Part shown: positions 1 through 10,056 of the stretch, in pieces
Position numbering within the stretch: the first letter of the stretch is position 1
Layout of the letters: each line of letters begins with the position of its first letter
Assembly (NCBI GenBank): GCA_005788145.1
Contig: SXYY01000127.1
Location: 1 to 45,654, forward strand
DNA length: 45,654 bases
Source of the DNA: Bacteroidota bacterium
GTDB taxonomy: Bacteria; Bacteroidota; Bacteroidia; NS11-12g; UBA955
Reading direction: 5' to 3'
Notes under the pieces: model-generated
Databases searched by the model: none
What the model saw: the letters and a program-made list of their open reading frames with translations, nothing else
What the model was told of the DNA's origin: nothing
Translations under genes and position numbers: made by a program

Positions 1-583
1 AAATAAATGTAGAGAGATCCGTTTTCTCAACTGCCGCAAACCGTGCTTCAATCGCTGCTGCGTGCTTTTCGCGAAGTGCTTGTCCTTCAACCCGCACAGA
101 AGAAAAATCGGTATACAATGCGCCGCTCTCCAAATCTGATGGCATACAAACCACCTTCATCACCGTGTTACAGTCCGATTGTACTTTCTTAAACTTCTTC
201 AACAAGAAGGCATTGCCAACGAACAAAACTTTAGAACCACTATCATTCAAGATATAAGCGGTTTCTTCATGGGTCAACGTAGGGTAAATGGATACGTTTA
301 CCAATCCAAGTTTCTGGAGTGTTTGATCAATAAAATAGTATTCGGGACAGTTATCCAAGACCATCGCCACGCGATCGCCTTTTTCCAACCCCAATTCCAT
401 CAGCCATGACCCAATTTGGGCCACTGCATCCAAAACATCTTGATAGGTATATTTCTCCCAAACGCCCTTTTCTTTCGCGAACATCACCGGGTGGTCCAAC
501 GAATGGATTTTGGTGGCCGCATTTACATAAAATTCATGAAGAGATTTGAAATTGGGATCTTGCTTTTGTATTAACTGGGACAT
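1..583 (-). CDS. AMP-dependent synthetase / long-chain acyl-CoA ligase (FadD-like); N-terminal 194 codons only, gene continues past the left edge
   Basis: Not in the ORF track because there is no stop in the window. My minus-strand translation from the ATG (cat at 581-583) is MSQLIQKQDPNFKSLHEFYVNAATKIHSLDHPVMFAKEKGVWEKYTYQDVLDAVAQIGSWLMELGLEKGDRVAMVLDNCPEYYFIDQTLQKLGLVNVSIYPTLTHEETAYILNDSGSKVLFVGN... It stays open to position 1. The layout is typical of long-chain fatty-acid-CoA ligase N-termini. Confidence 0.7.
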   Translation of the reverse strand, partial: MSQLIQKQDPNFKSLHEFYVNAATKIHSLDHPVMFAKEKGVWEKYTYQDVLDAVAQIGSWLMELGLEKGDRVAMVLDNCPEYYFIDQTLQKLGLVNVSIYPTLTHEETAYILNDSGSKVLFVGNAFLLKKFKKVQSDCNTVMKVVCMPSDLESGALYTDFSSVRVEGQALREKHAAAIEARFAAVEKTDLSTFI

Positions 584-692
584 AGTCGATTTTGCTTTCT
601 AACGATAAAAAGCAAATATGTCTGAAAATTGTGTGATTCCCAAGCACTTTGCAAAAATTCAATGTGCCGAAAACCTTTTGGCAATTATCGCA

Positions 693-1265
693 TTAAACTG
701 CTTCTGCCTCAACGGCAACCACTTCTGGCACCATGCGCTTCAACAAATTCTCAATGCCCGCCTTTAAGGTCATGGTACTACTCGGACAGCCACTGCAGCT
801 ACCTTTCATTTGAACGGTAACAACGCCGTCCACAAAACTCTTGAAATCAATGGCTCCACCGTCCATCTCAACGGCAGGACGAACATGGTCTTCCAACAAT
901 TGGCGGATCTTCCGTTCGATTTCGGTTTCTTGCTCTGGGGTAAGTTGGGTCTTGGGCGATACGATTTCTTTCCCTTGTTCGATCCACTCTGTAAAGAAAT
1001 TGCGCAAGTCAGGAATCAAATCAAACCATTCGTAGTCTTCGTTCTTGGTAATACTTACAAAATTGTTCATGATGAACACCCCTTTTACGAAAGGCATCTC
1101 AAACAACGCTTTCACCAATGCCCCACCTTCTTCGGCATTTTCAGCATTTCTGAAATCTGCACTGTCGTTTGGCAACAACATTTTGTTGCACACAAACTTC
1201 ATGCTTTCAGGGTTGGGCGTAGCTTCCGCATAGATGGTGACGATGTCGTTTAAGCTTTTTTCCAT
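693..1265 (-). CDS. NifU/Nfu-type Fe-S cluster assembly scaffold protein
   Basis: 190-aa ORF. The N-terminal Nfu-N-like region is 'IYAEATPNPESMKF'. The C-terminal NifU-like domain has a CxxC motif in 'VQMKGSCSGCPSSTMTLK'. Confidence 0.85.
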   Translation of the reverse strand: MEKSLNDIVTIYAEATPNPESMKFVCNKMLLPNDSADFRNAENAEEGGALVKALFEMPFVKGVFIMNNFVSITKNEDYEWFDLIPDLRNFFTEWIEQGKEIVSPKTQLTPEQETEIERKIRQLLEDHVRPAVEMDGGAIDFKSFVDGVVTVQMKGSCSGCPSSTMTLKAGIENLLKRMVPEVVAVEAEAV

Positions 1266-1385
1266 AACACCACAAAATTAACAAAACTTTCACCGAATTT
1301 CCCACCTTATTTAGATTGTTTCTAAAACAAATTTCATCCCCTTACTGCATCTTTGTAAATTCCCAAATCCATAGATTCAATCGCC

Positions 1386-2741
1386 ATGACCAAAGCCAAA
1401 ACCACCTTTTTCTGCAAATCATGCGGATTCGAAAGTCCCAAATGGATCGGCAAATGTCCGGGCTGTAGCGAATGGAACACCTTCATCGAAGAAATCAAGC
1501 CCACCAAGCAAACCACAGCTTGGAAGAAAAGCGGTCGCAAAATCGCGGAACCCAAAGCCATGCGTGCCATAGAAGCAAGCGAATCGGCGAGATTGATTCT
1601 TCCAGACGACGAGCTAAATTTGGTATTGGGCGGTGGATTGGTACCCGGCGCGGTCATCCTGCTTGGCGGTGAACCCGGCATCGGAAAGAGTACTCTGTTG
1701 CTGCAAATCGCCCTGCAAACCAGCGCCAAAACCCTTTACGTCTCGGGCGAAGAAAGTGAAACGCAAATCAAACTGCGGGCAGAGCGACTGGGCCTTGGCG
1801 AAAGCGATTGCGAGGTACTTACTGAAACCCTCCTTGAGAACATCAAAAACGTACTCGACAACGACACCCCCGAGCTGCTCATCATCGATTCGATACAGAC
1901 CCTGTACACAGACCAACTCGATGCCACACCAGGCAGCGTATCGCAAATACGAGAATGTGCCGGTCAACTACTGCAATTTGCCAAAGAGCATGACGTACCC
2001 GTTTTTTTGGTGGGACATATCACCAAAGATGGCAACCTCGCCGGTCCAAAAATCTTGGAACACATGGTCGATACCGTTCTTCAATTCGAGGGCGACAGAC
2101 ACCATGCATACCGCATCATCCGAACCCTGAAAAACCGATTTGGCAGCACCCAAGAATTGGGCATCTATGAAATGCATGGCGGCGGATTGAAAGGCGTGAA
2201 AAACCCGTCAGAAATTTGGTTGGCGCAGCGCGAAGAAGTACTATCGGGCATCGGTATTGCAGCCGTTTTGGAGGGCGTTCGTCCATTGCTATTAGAAACC
2301 CAAGCCTTGGTAAGCACCGCGGTGTATGGTACGCCCCAGCGCTCGGCTACGGGTTACGACTTGCGAAGGCTGAATATGCTTTTGGCTGTTTTGGAAAAGC
2401 GATGTGGTTTCAAACTGGGCCAGCAGGATGTCTTTGTGAATTTGGCTGGCGGACTGCGTTTGGAAGATCCCGCATTGGACCTTGCTTTGATGGCGGCGAT
2501 CATGAGCAGCTTCTACTCAGAGCCCCTGCCAACAAAATGCGTTTTCTCGGCTGAAATTGGGTTGAGCGGCGAAGTAAGGGCGGTTCAACGTGTGGAACAG
2601 CGCATCGCCGAGGCGGAAAAATTGGGATTCACCGATATAGTCATTTCCAAATACAACAAATTCAACCAAGAACTCACGGGGAAAATCAAGGTGCATAGCT
2701 TTGGAAGGATCGATGAAGTTTTTGGATGGTTGTTTGGTTAA
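1386..2741 (+). CDS. radA: DNA repair protein RadA
   Basis: 451 aa. Zinc ribbon 'CKSCGFESPKWIGKCPGCSEWNTF', Walker A 'GGEPGIGKSTLLLQ', the RadA-specific 'LKNRFGSTQELG', and a Lon-protease-like C-terminal domain. Confidence 0.95.
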   Translation: MTKAKTTFFCKSCGFESPKWIGKCPGCSEWNTFIEEIKPTKQTTAWKKSGRKIAEPKAMRAIEASESARLILPDDELNLVLGGGLVPGAVILLGGEPGIGKSTLLLQIALQTSAKTLYVSGEESETQIKLRAERLGLGESDCEVLTETLLENIKNVLDNDTPELLIIDSIQTLYTDQLDATPGSVSQIRECAGQLLQFAKEHDVPVFLVGHITKDGNLAGPKILEHMVDTVLQFEGDRHHAYRIIRTLKNRFGSTQELGIYEMHGGGLKGVKNPSEIWLAQREEVLSGIGIAAVLEGVRPLLLETQALVSTAVYGTPQRSATGYDLRRLNMLLAVLEKRCGFKLGQQDVFVNLAGGLRLEDPALDLALMAAIMSSFYSEPLPTKCVFSAEIGLSGEVRAVQRVEQRIAEAEKLGFTDIVISKYNKFNQELTGKIKVHSFGRIDEVFGWLFG

Positions 2742-2807
2742 ACCAACTGCAACTGGGCAAGTGCAAATTGTGATGGCGCAAAACTGGCGCTCAAACCAAT
2801 CTTACGC

Positions 2808-3647
2808 TTAGGCACTCATCCATTTCTCGCGAACGAAGCTCTTCGCCAACAATGCGATTTTTTGGGAGTTGGGTATGCGCACACGGCTTTCCAAAATGTC
2901 AACTGCGGTGGTGCGTTCGATCTTTTCCAACAATTTCAGGTAGTAGATATAGGCTGTGTAAACACCCAACCTGCAACCCACGGGCAACTGAACGATGCCC
3001 TTGTAGGCGTGTGAAAAATCTTTTTTCACATCCTGGATGATTTCATATTTATCGGCATCAGTGAATTTATTAAAATCTACACCGGGAAAATAAACACGTC
3101 CGCGTTCGTCGACATCTGACCGGATATCGCGCAGGAAATTCACCTTTTGGAATGCCGCTCCCAAACTGCGGGCGAATGGAACCAACTGTTCGTATTGCGC
3201 ATCGTTACCATTGCAAAACACCTTCAAACACATCAAACCAACCACTTCGGCGCTGCCGTAGATGTATTCCGAGTAACTCGTTGCGTTGTGACTGCTGGTA
3301 TCCAAGTCTTCTTCCATGGAATTGAAGAACGGCTCAATCAAATCTTTACCAATACCAAACTGATTGGCTGCCAATTGAAATGCATGCAATACGGGATTGG
3401 TACTTATGCATTCCTCCATGGACTGGTAGGTTTGGGCTTTAAAATCAGCCAACAGACGCTCTTTGTTGAATCCGTGAAAGGTATCCACAATTTCATCTGC
3501 TACGCGCACGAAACCGTAAATAGAAAATACAGCCCAACGACTGTCTTTCGACAACAAACGAATCCCCAAAGAGAAACTGGTGCTGTAATTCAGCGCCAAT
3601 TTGCGGCTCATCGCGATGGCGGTATCGTCAAACAATTTAATGCTCAT
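2808..3647 (-). CDS. crtB: Phytoene synthase
   Basis: 279 aa of the squalene/phytoene synthase family. Asp-rich motifs are 'FVRVADEIVD' and 'NFLRDIRSDVD'. It overlaps the crtI stop by 11 nt, so it is in the same operon. Confidence 0.9.
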   Translation of the reverse strand: MSIKLFDDTAIAMSRKLALNYSTSFSLGIRLLSKDSRWAVFSIYGFVRVADEIVDTFHGFNKERLLADFKAQTYQSMEECISTNPVLHAFQLAANQFGIGKDLIEPFFNSMEEDLDTSSHNATSYSEYIYGSAEVVGLMCLKVFCNGNDAQYEQLVPFARSLGAAFQKVNFLRDIRSDVDERGRVYFPGVDFNKFTDADKYEIIQDVKKDFSHAYKGIVQLPVGCRLGVYTAYIYYLKLLEKIERTTAVDILESRVRIPNSQKIALLAKSFVREKWMSA

Positions 3648-5109
3648 TTACTATCCTTTCTGTTACTAAGCGCGACCCGATGACCACAATGGGCAAACCT
3701 GTTCCGGGGTGAGTACTTGCTCCAACATAATATACATTGTTGAGCTTCTCGTCTTTGTTGGCTGGCCTCAGTGCACCGATTTGGTTTAATCCGTGCGCCA
3801 ATCCTAACCCACTACCCTTGTACAAGTTAAACATCTTTTGCCACTCGTTGGGTGTGTAAACAACTTGCGTAAGAATATTGTTTTTGATGTCGAAATTCAC
3901 ACGATTTCCCAAGTCCTCGATGATTTCATCCACCAATTTTGTTGCGTCGCTCCAATCGGGTTTCACACGCAAATCAGGCACGGGACAAAGGATGAACAAA
4001 TTCTCACAGCCTTCTGGCGCGCAATCCGGGTTGCTCTTACTCGCTACATTCACATAGTAGTAAGGCTTTTCTGGGGCCACTGTACTTCTAAAGATGGTAT
4101 CGGCGTAGGCACGGAAATTATCACCCAAGTAGTAATTGTGGTGATGAATCCCGGGAATGGTGCCCTTCACACCCAAATAAATGGTAAACGGGGCCAAAGT
4201 CCACTCCATTTTGTCGAGTTTTTCCTCGGTGAATTTGGCGCGGTTCAAGAACTTTCCACGGAACCAGGCCGCATCGGCATTGATGACAAACAAATCAGCA
4301 CGGTAAACCTGTCCGTTCGAATCTGTCACAGAAACCATTTTGCCTGCACTGTGCTGAACCGACATAATTTCTGTGTTGTAAATCATTTTTACGCCCTTTT
4401 TCTCGAGCAACCCCATGATGCCTTCCACAATTTTGTACATGCCACCTTTGACATTCCAATAACCATCGTGCTGCAATTCTGTATAATTCAACAGGTTGTA
4501 AACGCTTGGGGTATTAAACGGCGTTGCACCCAAGAAAAAAGCCACCAATGAGAAGATGATTTTCACCTCTTCACTTTCAAAATGTCTTTCCAACTCAGCC
4601 CAAAACGTGCGGAACATTTTTGGTAAGTGCTTCATTGGCACCGTGGCCATGCTCAGCGCATAAGACACGATGTTATCGAAGTTCCGCTTGATGATCTTGT
4701 ATTCCGTATCATGAAAAATTTCTTTGGCCCCTTTCAGGTATCCACGCACTTTGGTTTCGAAATCACTTTCGATGCCCTTGAACTCCTCGGCCAATCGATC
4801 CAAATCCTTGTAAATCTGAAAAACGCGGTTACTACCAGCCATGTTCACCGTATACAGCGGATTGAGTTCGTTCAATTCGAACGGAATGGGCTCACCAATG
4901 GAATCAAAGAGTTCCTTGAACTCATAACTCATCGAGAAAAATGAGGGTCCCACATCAAAGGTGAATCCATCTTTCTTCAACAAATGAAGCCTTCCACCGG
5001 GGATGTCCTGCTTTTCAATCATGGTTACTTGGTAACCTTTACAACTCAATCGCAGGGCCGTTGACAAGCCACCCAAGCCTGCACCCACAACTATAACCGA
5101 CTTAGTCAC
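3637..5109 (-). CDS. crtI: Phytoene desaturase (CrtI family)
   Basis: 490 aa. N-terminal dinucleotide-binding fold 'VIVVGAGLGGLSTALRL...EKQDIPGGR' and C-terminal 'VYYVGASTHPGTGLP', typical of the CrtI family. It lies between crtZ and crtB. Confidence 0.85.
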   Translation of the reverse strand: MTKSVIVVGAGLGGLSTALRLSCKGYQVTMIEKQDIPGGRLHLLKKDGFTFDVGPSFFSMSYEFKELFDSIGEPIPFELNELNPLYTVNMAGSNRVFQIYKDLDRLAEEFKGIESDFETKVRGYLKGAKEIFHDTEYKIIKRNFDNIVSYALSMATVPMKHLPKMFRTFWAELERHFESEEVKIIFSLVAFFLGATPFNTPSVYNLLNYTELQHDGYWNVKGGMYKIVEGIMGLLEKKGVKMIYNTEIMSVQHSAGKMVSVTDSNGQVYRADLFVINADAAWFRGKFLNRAKFTEEKLDKMEWTLAPFTIYLGVKGTIPGIHHHNYYLGDNFRAYADTIFRSTVAPEKPYYYVNVASKSNPDCAPEGCENLFILCPVPDLRVKPDWSDATKLVDEIIEDLGNRVNFDIKNNILTQVVYTPNEWQKMFNLYKGSGLGLAHGLNQIGALRPANKDEKLNNVYYVGASTHPGTGLPIVVIGSRLVTERIVNEH

Positions 5110-5548
5110 GACCGTATTTATTTATATATCTTTTTGGAACAAACAAAAATCCAAAGGCTTCTGCACCTTCTTTGGAATGCACTTCATGGTGCAAATGATG
5201 GGTTCTGCGCATCGCTTTGAAATAGCGAGAGCGGGCCACACGCAACCATTTTACGCGTTGGTGAACAAACACATCGTGCACCAAAAAATAGGCTAAACCA
5301 TATAGGGCGATGCCAATACCTGCGAAAAATCGCCAATCGTACGCCTCAGCACCCAAAACGATAAGCCAAGCCGATGGGATGGCAAACATGAATCCGAACA
5401 AATCGTTCAGTTCGAAAGTGCCCTTGCGCGGTCTGTGGTGGCTTTCATGCCAAAACCACATGAAGCCATGCATCACGTATTTGTGGGAAAACCAAGCCAC
5501 AAATTCCATGAAAAAGAAAAATAGAATTACTACTAAAAGGTTAACCAT
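5102..5548 (-). CDS. crtZ: Beta-carotene 3-hydroxylase
   Basis: 148-aa membrane protein with fatty-acid-hydroxylase His boxes 'HESHH', 'HDVFVHQR' and 'HHLHH'. It overlaps the crtI start by 8 nt. Confidence 0.85.
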   Translation of the reverse strand: MVNLLVVILFFFFMEFVAWFSHKYVMHGFMWFWHESHHRPRKGTFELNDLFGFMFAIPSAWLIVLGAEAYDWRFFAGIGIALYGLAYFLVHDVFVHQRVKWLRVARSRYFKAMRRTHHLHHEVHSKEGAEAFGFLFVPKRYINKYGRD

Positions 5549-5645
5549 GTTGTTGACTATTCATTTTTTAACACGCCAACATAATAAAGGTTCTGTGTAA
5601 TTAAATGATTTTTTCGAGAAAAAAGATTAAACAAAATATTTTTTA

Positions 5646-6830
5646 TCATTTTGGTAATATGCCTTTGGGTTTGGGCGCATCCAAGCGATACGTTATACCC
5701 AAGGAGATGAGATAGTCGGCAAATGCAGCATCACCATTCCGGGCGACACCAGTGGCGCTCTGTACTTCTTTATCGGTAACAGATTGTTTGCGAATGCGAT
5801 AAAGCGCAATAGGCATATTTAAATTGAAAGTGGTTTTATCTTTCATGTAAGTAACACCTGGTTCTGCAGCAATCGTGTATCCAGGTCTGCGGAAACCAAG
5901 ACTTTCTCCAAGCAAATCCCTCACTGGAACACCTTCCAATCGTGCGCCCCATGAAAAAGACAAACCATGCAACTGCGATTGCCACAAAAAGCCCAGCCGA
6001 ACGGCATATTGATCAGCAACCGAGCACATGTATTCATTTGTAAAAACCTGCGGCACCGGATTTCCGGGTATTGTAATGCTCGTTCTCCTGTTGGTATATG
6101 TTCCGTTCACCCCGCGTGGATTCAGTATGTAAAAGGCATTCCCATACGCAAATACCCCCTCAGCCATTTCCCAAAAACCTTGCATTTCTAGAGACAAACC
6201 AAGGCCACCATCGCCCAATTGGATACTCTGGTCTACCGGACGGTAAAGGGTTTGTCGTGAAGAAGTCCCTGTCACCGGATCTGTCACCAACACATTGTAA
6301 AAACTGTCCTGCACATTCCAATTTCCCGTGGGCAATTTCAAACCCACGCCCAACATCAAATTGCTTTTGGTATGGGAAACAGGATTCCAAAGCCATGTGC
6401 TGATTCCTATTCGTGCATCGCCAATCCCAGCCGATGTGGATGTTTTTCGGGCACCGGGAAATGTTGCAGTTTGCCCACCGTGCTCATAATAACTCGAGCG
6501 GTCTGTGTATGATACTGGCAAACTCACGTTCAATTGTGTGCGCAATGTCAACCCCATTGAGGCGGACAAATCCAGGGTATTGGAATAATTGATTACTTGG
6601 GTTTGTTTTACCAAGCGATCGTATTGTTCTTCATCGCCTTTGAAATGGCGGAACGATTTAAAATAACGATAATTGGCACCTACTTGCCATTGTTTTGGGG
6701 CGAGGGCAAGGCCCGAGCCTCCCGCAACACCGCAACCACCAAATCCGCGAACAGCCACACAGCCTTGGGCGTTGGCGTTCGAAACAGACAAAAACAGAAA
6801 CGCTAAAATGATAAATTTTATGGTTTTCAT
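5646..6830 (-). CDS. Putative outer-membrane beta-barrel protein, function unknown
   Basis: 394 aa. Signal peptide 'MKTIKFIILAFLFLSVSNANAQ', followed by alternating amphipathic Gly/Tyr-rich strands typical of OM barrels. I recognise no family motif. Confidence 0.5.
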   Translation of the reverse strand: MKTIKFIILAFLFLSVSNANAQGCVAVRGFGGCGVAGGSGLALAPKQWQVGANYRYFKSFRHFKGDEEQYDRLVKQTQVINYSNTLDLSASMGLTLRTQLNVSLPVSYTDRSSYYEHGGQTATFPGARKTSTSAGIGDARIGISTWLWNPVSHTKSNLMLGVGLKLPTGNWNVQDSFYNVLVTDPVTGTSSRQTLYRPVDQSIQLGDGGLGLSLEMQGFWEMAEGVFAYGNAFYILNPRGVNGTYTNRRTSITIPGNPVPQVFTNEYMCSVADQYAVRLGFLWQSQLHGLSFSWGARLEGVPVRDLLGESLGFRRPGYTIAAEPGVTYMKDKTTFNLNMPIALYRIRKQSVTDKEVQSATGVARNGDAAFADYLISLGITYRLDAPKPKGILPK

Positions 6831-6924
6831 AATATTACAAATTCTGCCAAAGTTAATCCAAAACCATCGTACTTTGCGTAAAAATTAGATAAAACTGGTC
6901 GGCTAATCCCAACAACCGCGCATC

Positions 6925-7950
6925 GTGACAGTATTCAACCACACCAAAACCCAGTCGTTAAAGGCATTGAACACCTTCGGATTTGATGTCGTTGCGCACC
7001 ATTACTTACCCATTGAATCGCCAGAAGATCTTAGCGCTTTGTTTCTTGCGAAAGCCTTCGAAAATCAACCCTATGGCATTTTGGGCGGGGGCAGCAACAT
7101 CACCTTTACCCAAGATTATTCGGGATTACTGTTGCATAACCGCATCAAAGGTTGCCACAGTGTTGAGGAGAATGCCGATGATGTGATTGTGGAATTTGGC
7201 AGTGGCGAAAACTGGCACGAGACCGTATTGTATACGCTCGAAAAAGGTTGGGGCGGATTGGAAAATTTAAGCCTTATCCCTGGCACAGTGGGCGCATCTC
7301 CCATCCAGAACATTGGCGCCTATGGCGTGGAGATCAAAGATACGTTTCACGCGCTGACGGCATTCCACATTCCAACGGGCAACTTTCATACACTAACTGC
7401 CAACGATTGTGCCTTTGATTATCGCGATAGTGTATTCAAAAGCGAAAAAAGAGGACAGTATTTTATCACTGCCGTTCAATTCAGATTGAGCAAAAATCCG
7501 GCAATCAAAACCCAGTATGGCGACATCCAAGCCACGCTAGACGGATGGGGCATTGCGGAACCGTCCATCCGAGATATTAGCAATGCGGTGATTCACATCC
7601 GACAGAGCAAATTGCCAAACCCCGCCGAAATTGGCAATTGTGGTAGCTTTTTCAAAAACCCCATCGTGGATTCTGAAATCATTCCTGCATTAACTGCCCA
7701 ATACCCCGATCTCAAAACGTTTCCTGCGGGCGAAGGCCTCACCAAAGTGCCAGCGGGATGGCTGATTGAAAAAGCTGGATGGAAAGGATTCAAACGCAAT
7801 CACATCGGCGTTCATGACAAGCAAGCTTTGGTTTTGGTGAATTATGGTGGCGGAACAGGTGCAGAAATCATCGAGCTCGCCAGAGAAATCCAAGCCGACA
7901 TCCTACAAAAGTTCGGCATCCAATTGGAAATGGAAGTCAACGCCTGGTAG
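6925..7950 (+). CDS. murB: UDP-N-acetylenolpyruvoylglucosamine reductase
   Basis: 341 aa with a GTG start. FAD-binding region 'GILGGGSNITF'. MurB C-terminal motifs 'CGSFFKNP' and 'VPAGWLIEKAGWKG'. Confidence 0.93.
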   Translation: MTVFNHTKTQSLKALNTFGFDVVAHHYLPIESPEDLSALFLAKAFENQPYGILGGGSNITFTQDYSGLLLHNRIKGCHSVEENADDVIVEFGSGENWHETVLYTLEKGWGGLENLSLIPGTVGASPIQNIGAYGVEIKDTFHALTAFHIPTGNFHTLTANDCAFDYRDSVFKSEKRGQYFITAVQFRLSKNPAIKTQYGDIQATLDGWGIAEPSIRDISNAVIHIRQSKLPNPAEIGNCGSFFKNPIVDSEIIPALTAQYPDLKTFPAGEGLTKVPAGWLIEKAGWKGFKRNHIGVHDKQALVLVNYGGGTGAEIIELAREIQADILQKFGIQLEMEVNAW

Positions 7951-7994
7951 TTTTCAGGTATCGGCGTTCCCATTTTTTCCGTAAATTGCACTCA

Positions 7995-10049
7995 ATGAAA
8001 CGCCTTCTCATTTTTGTCGCTTCGGCCCTCCTATTCCCATGCATTCAGGCACAAACAGGCCCTTCGGTTGATATCATCCGCAACCATAAAACTGCACTGT
8101 CGCACATTTTCGATCCCTCGACGTCGCCCGATGCTTTTTTGCTACCCATCGACAAAGCCGGAGAAATGCCCATGCCCACTGGCATCAACGAATTGTTGCG
8201 CAAACAAGTGGATGCAGCGCGTACGGCAAGACTCAATCAGAAGAACCTTGAAAATCGCGGAATCATCAATGACAAAGCCACACCAGGCGATGCCATCACC
8301 ACACTTTCACAACGCGGCACGGATGTACCTCCGGGCGCAGGTACACCCAACGACAACCACATCGCGGTGGGAAACGACGGTAAAATAGTGAGTGTGATGA
8401 ACACAGTGATTCGCGTTCACAATGATACCGGCAAAGTCATCAAAGCCTTTACGCTGGAGAACTTTGCCCTGAACCCAAACATCAAAAAAGATCCCATCCC
8501 CACACTCAATCGCACATACGATCCAAGGGTGGTTTACGACCCATACACCGATCGCTACATCGTATTGTACATGCATGGCACAACCGACAAGACCAGTTTT
8601 ATTGTCGTGGGATTTTCCAGCAGCAATGACCCAACCAAACCGTGGTACGTTTACAAGGTCCCTGGCACGCCCATCCAAGACAGTGTTTGGAGCGATTATC
8701 CCATCGTGAGTCAAACCAAAGAAGACCTCTTTTTCACCGTGACCCTTTTGCACAATGGCAGTTCTTGGGAAGAGGGATTCGTGGAGGCGGTGATTTGGCA
8801 ATTGAACAAGGACGACGGCTACCGTGGCGATACCTTGAACAAGAATTTCTTTCACAACATCAAATACGACGGCGTTTCCATCTGGAGTATTTGCGCCATT
8901 CAGAACGGACCGATGCCTGGTGGGGTCGATAACTACTTCCTCAGTGTGCGTCCTTATGCCCAACAGAACGACACGGTTTTCGTTCACCGAATCACCAACA
9001 CATTGCGAAGCGGACAGGCGAATTACGAATTGGGGGTATTCAAGAGTCCGATCAAATACGGCTTCCCAGCCAGCGCTCTCGTTCCAGACACAGCGTTCCG
9101 ATTGCGCACGAACGATGCCCGCGTTCTGAGTGGAGTTCGAATGGGATCGCAATTGCATTACTTTCAAAACTGCATGAATTTCAACACCATGCAGGCGCAC
9201 ATCATGCATGGAAGCATTTATAATTTGACCCTCCCCAGTGGGAAGATGGCCCCGTTTAGCACACCGATCAAAACAGGCAAAGTGGGAATGCACGCAACGG
9301 CACCAAAAAAATGGAACGAGGGCGGTGCTTCATTAAAGGCCCACTTGTACACGAATGACAGTTTGGACTTCGGTTACCCTGCTGTGGCTGCTGCGGGGAT
9401 GGAACCCAACAGCGAAAGTGACCCATTGGACCCCTCCATGCTGGTTACTTCGGTATTTTCGGGACGAAAATATTTTCCAGGCACTGGCGCCTTTTACATC
9501 AATCGGTACGGTGAGCACAGCGATTACCAGATTCTGAAAAAAGGCCAATCTATCATCAATTACACCTTCATCAAACCGGCGGAACAACGCTGGGGCGATT
9601 ACGAGGGGGTCCAGGCCAAATTCAACGAAAAAGGCGTATTTTATTTGGTCGGCTCATGGGGTAAAACCAACAGCATGTTTGCCTACGTTGCACGTGTAAA
9701 ATTGAAGGACACGGTCTACGACAATCCCATTGCGGAAGTGCGGGTATTCCCTGTTCCAACCACGGAAAATTTGCAAGTGGAGATTCAAAATGGCTCCGCC
9801 GCCAGCATCAAAGGACAGATTTATGCCATGGATGGGAAATTGATCTCTGCAAAATCACCAAGCGCCAATCAAATATTGGCCATCCCTGGCGATGAAAGTT
9901 TCAGCCTATCGATTGAGCCCGGTACCCACCGCTATGCGCTGCATACCTTGGGCTTACCCAAAGGCGTATACATCTTGCGTTTGCAATTAACAGCCGGTAC
10001 TTGGAGTGCAGCAACCGATACGCAAACATTCAAATTCATCGTACAATAA
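7995..10049 (+). CDS. Secreted protein of unknown function with a T9SS C-terminal sorting domain
   Basis: The ORF opens at TTG 7986, but ATG 7995 gives the signal peptide 'MKRLLIFVASALLFPCIQAQ'. The last ~80 aa ('VRVFPVPTTENLQVEI...IYAMDGKLI...LPKGVYILRLQ...FKFIVQ') look like a Por/T9SS CTD of the TIGR04183 type. I do not recognise the body of the protein. Confidence 0.6.
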   Translation: MKRLLIFVASALLFPCIQAQTGPSVDIIRNHKTALSHIFDPSTSPDAFLLPIDKAGEMPMPTGINELLRKQVDAARTARLNQKNLENRGIINDKATPGDAITTLSQRGTDVPPGAGTPNDNHIAVGNDGKIVSVMNTVIRVHNDTGKVIKAFTLENFALNPNIKKDPIPTLNRTYDPRVVYDPYTDRYIVLYMHGTTDKTSFIVVGFSSSNDPTKPWYVYKVPGTPIQDSVWSDYPIVSQTKEDLFFTVTLLHNGSSWEEGFVEAVIWQLNKDDGYRGDTLNKNFFHNIKYDGVSIWSICAIQNGPMPGGVDNYFLSVRPYAQQNDTVFVHRITNTLRSGQANYELGVFKSPIKYGFPASALVPDTAFRLRTNDARVLSGVRMGSQLHYFQNCMNFNTMQAHIMHGSIYNLTLPSGKMAPFSTPIKTGKVGMHATAPKKWNEGGASLKAHLYTNDSLDFGYPAVAAAGMEPNSESDPLDPSMLVTSVFSGRKYFPGTGAFYINRYGEHSDYQILKKGQSIINYTFIKPAEQRWGDYEGVQAKFNEKGVFYLVGSWGKTNSMFAYVARVKLKDTVYDNPIAEVRVFPVPTTENLQVEIQNGSAASIKGQIYAMDGKLISAKSPSANQILAIPGDESFSLSIEPGTHRYALHTLGLPKGVYILRLQLTAGTWSAATDTQTFKFIVQ

Positions 10050-10056
10050 ACCACCC

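Noticed and set aside
8307-9293. 328-aa ORF antisense to the T9SS-cargo gene. Similar long antisense ORFs lie at 3147-3683, 3838-4551, 12688-13206, 16974-17522 and 20845-21450.
   Set aside because: Each lies entirely inside a well-supported gene on the other strand. Their composition is skewed (His/Arg/Val/Gly-rich), with no signal peptide or recognisable motif. This is typical of shadow ORFs.
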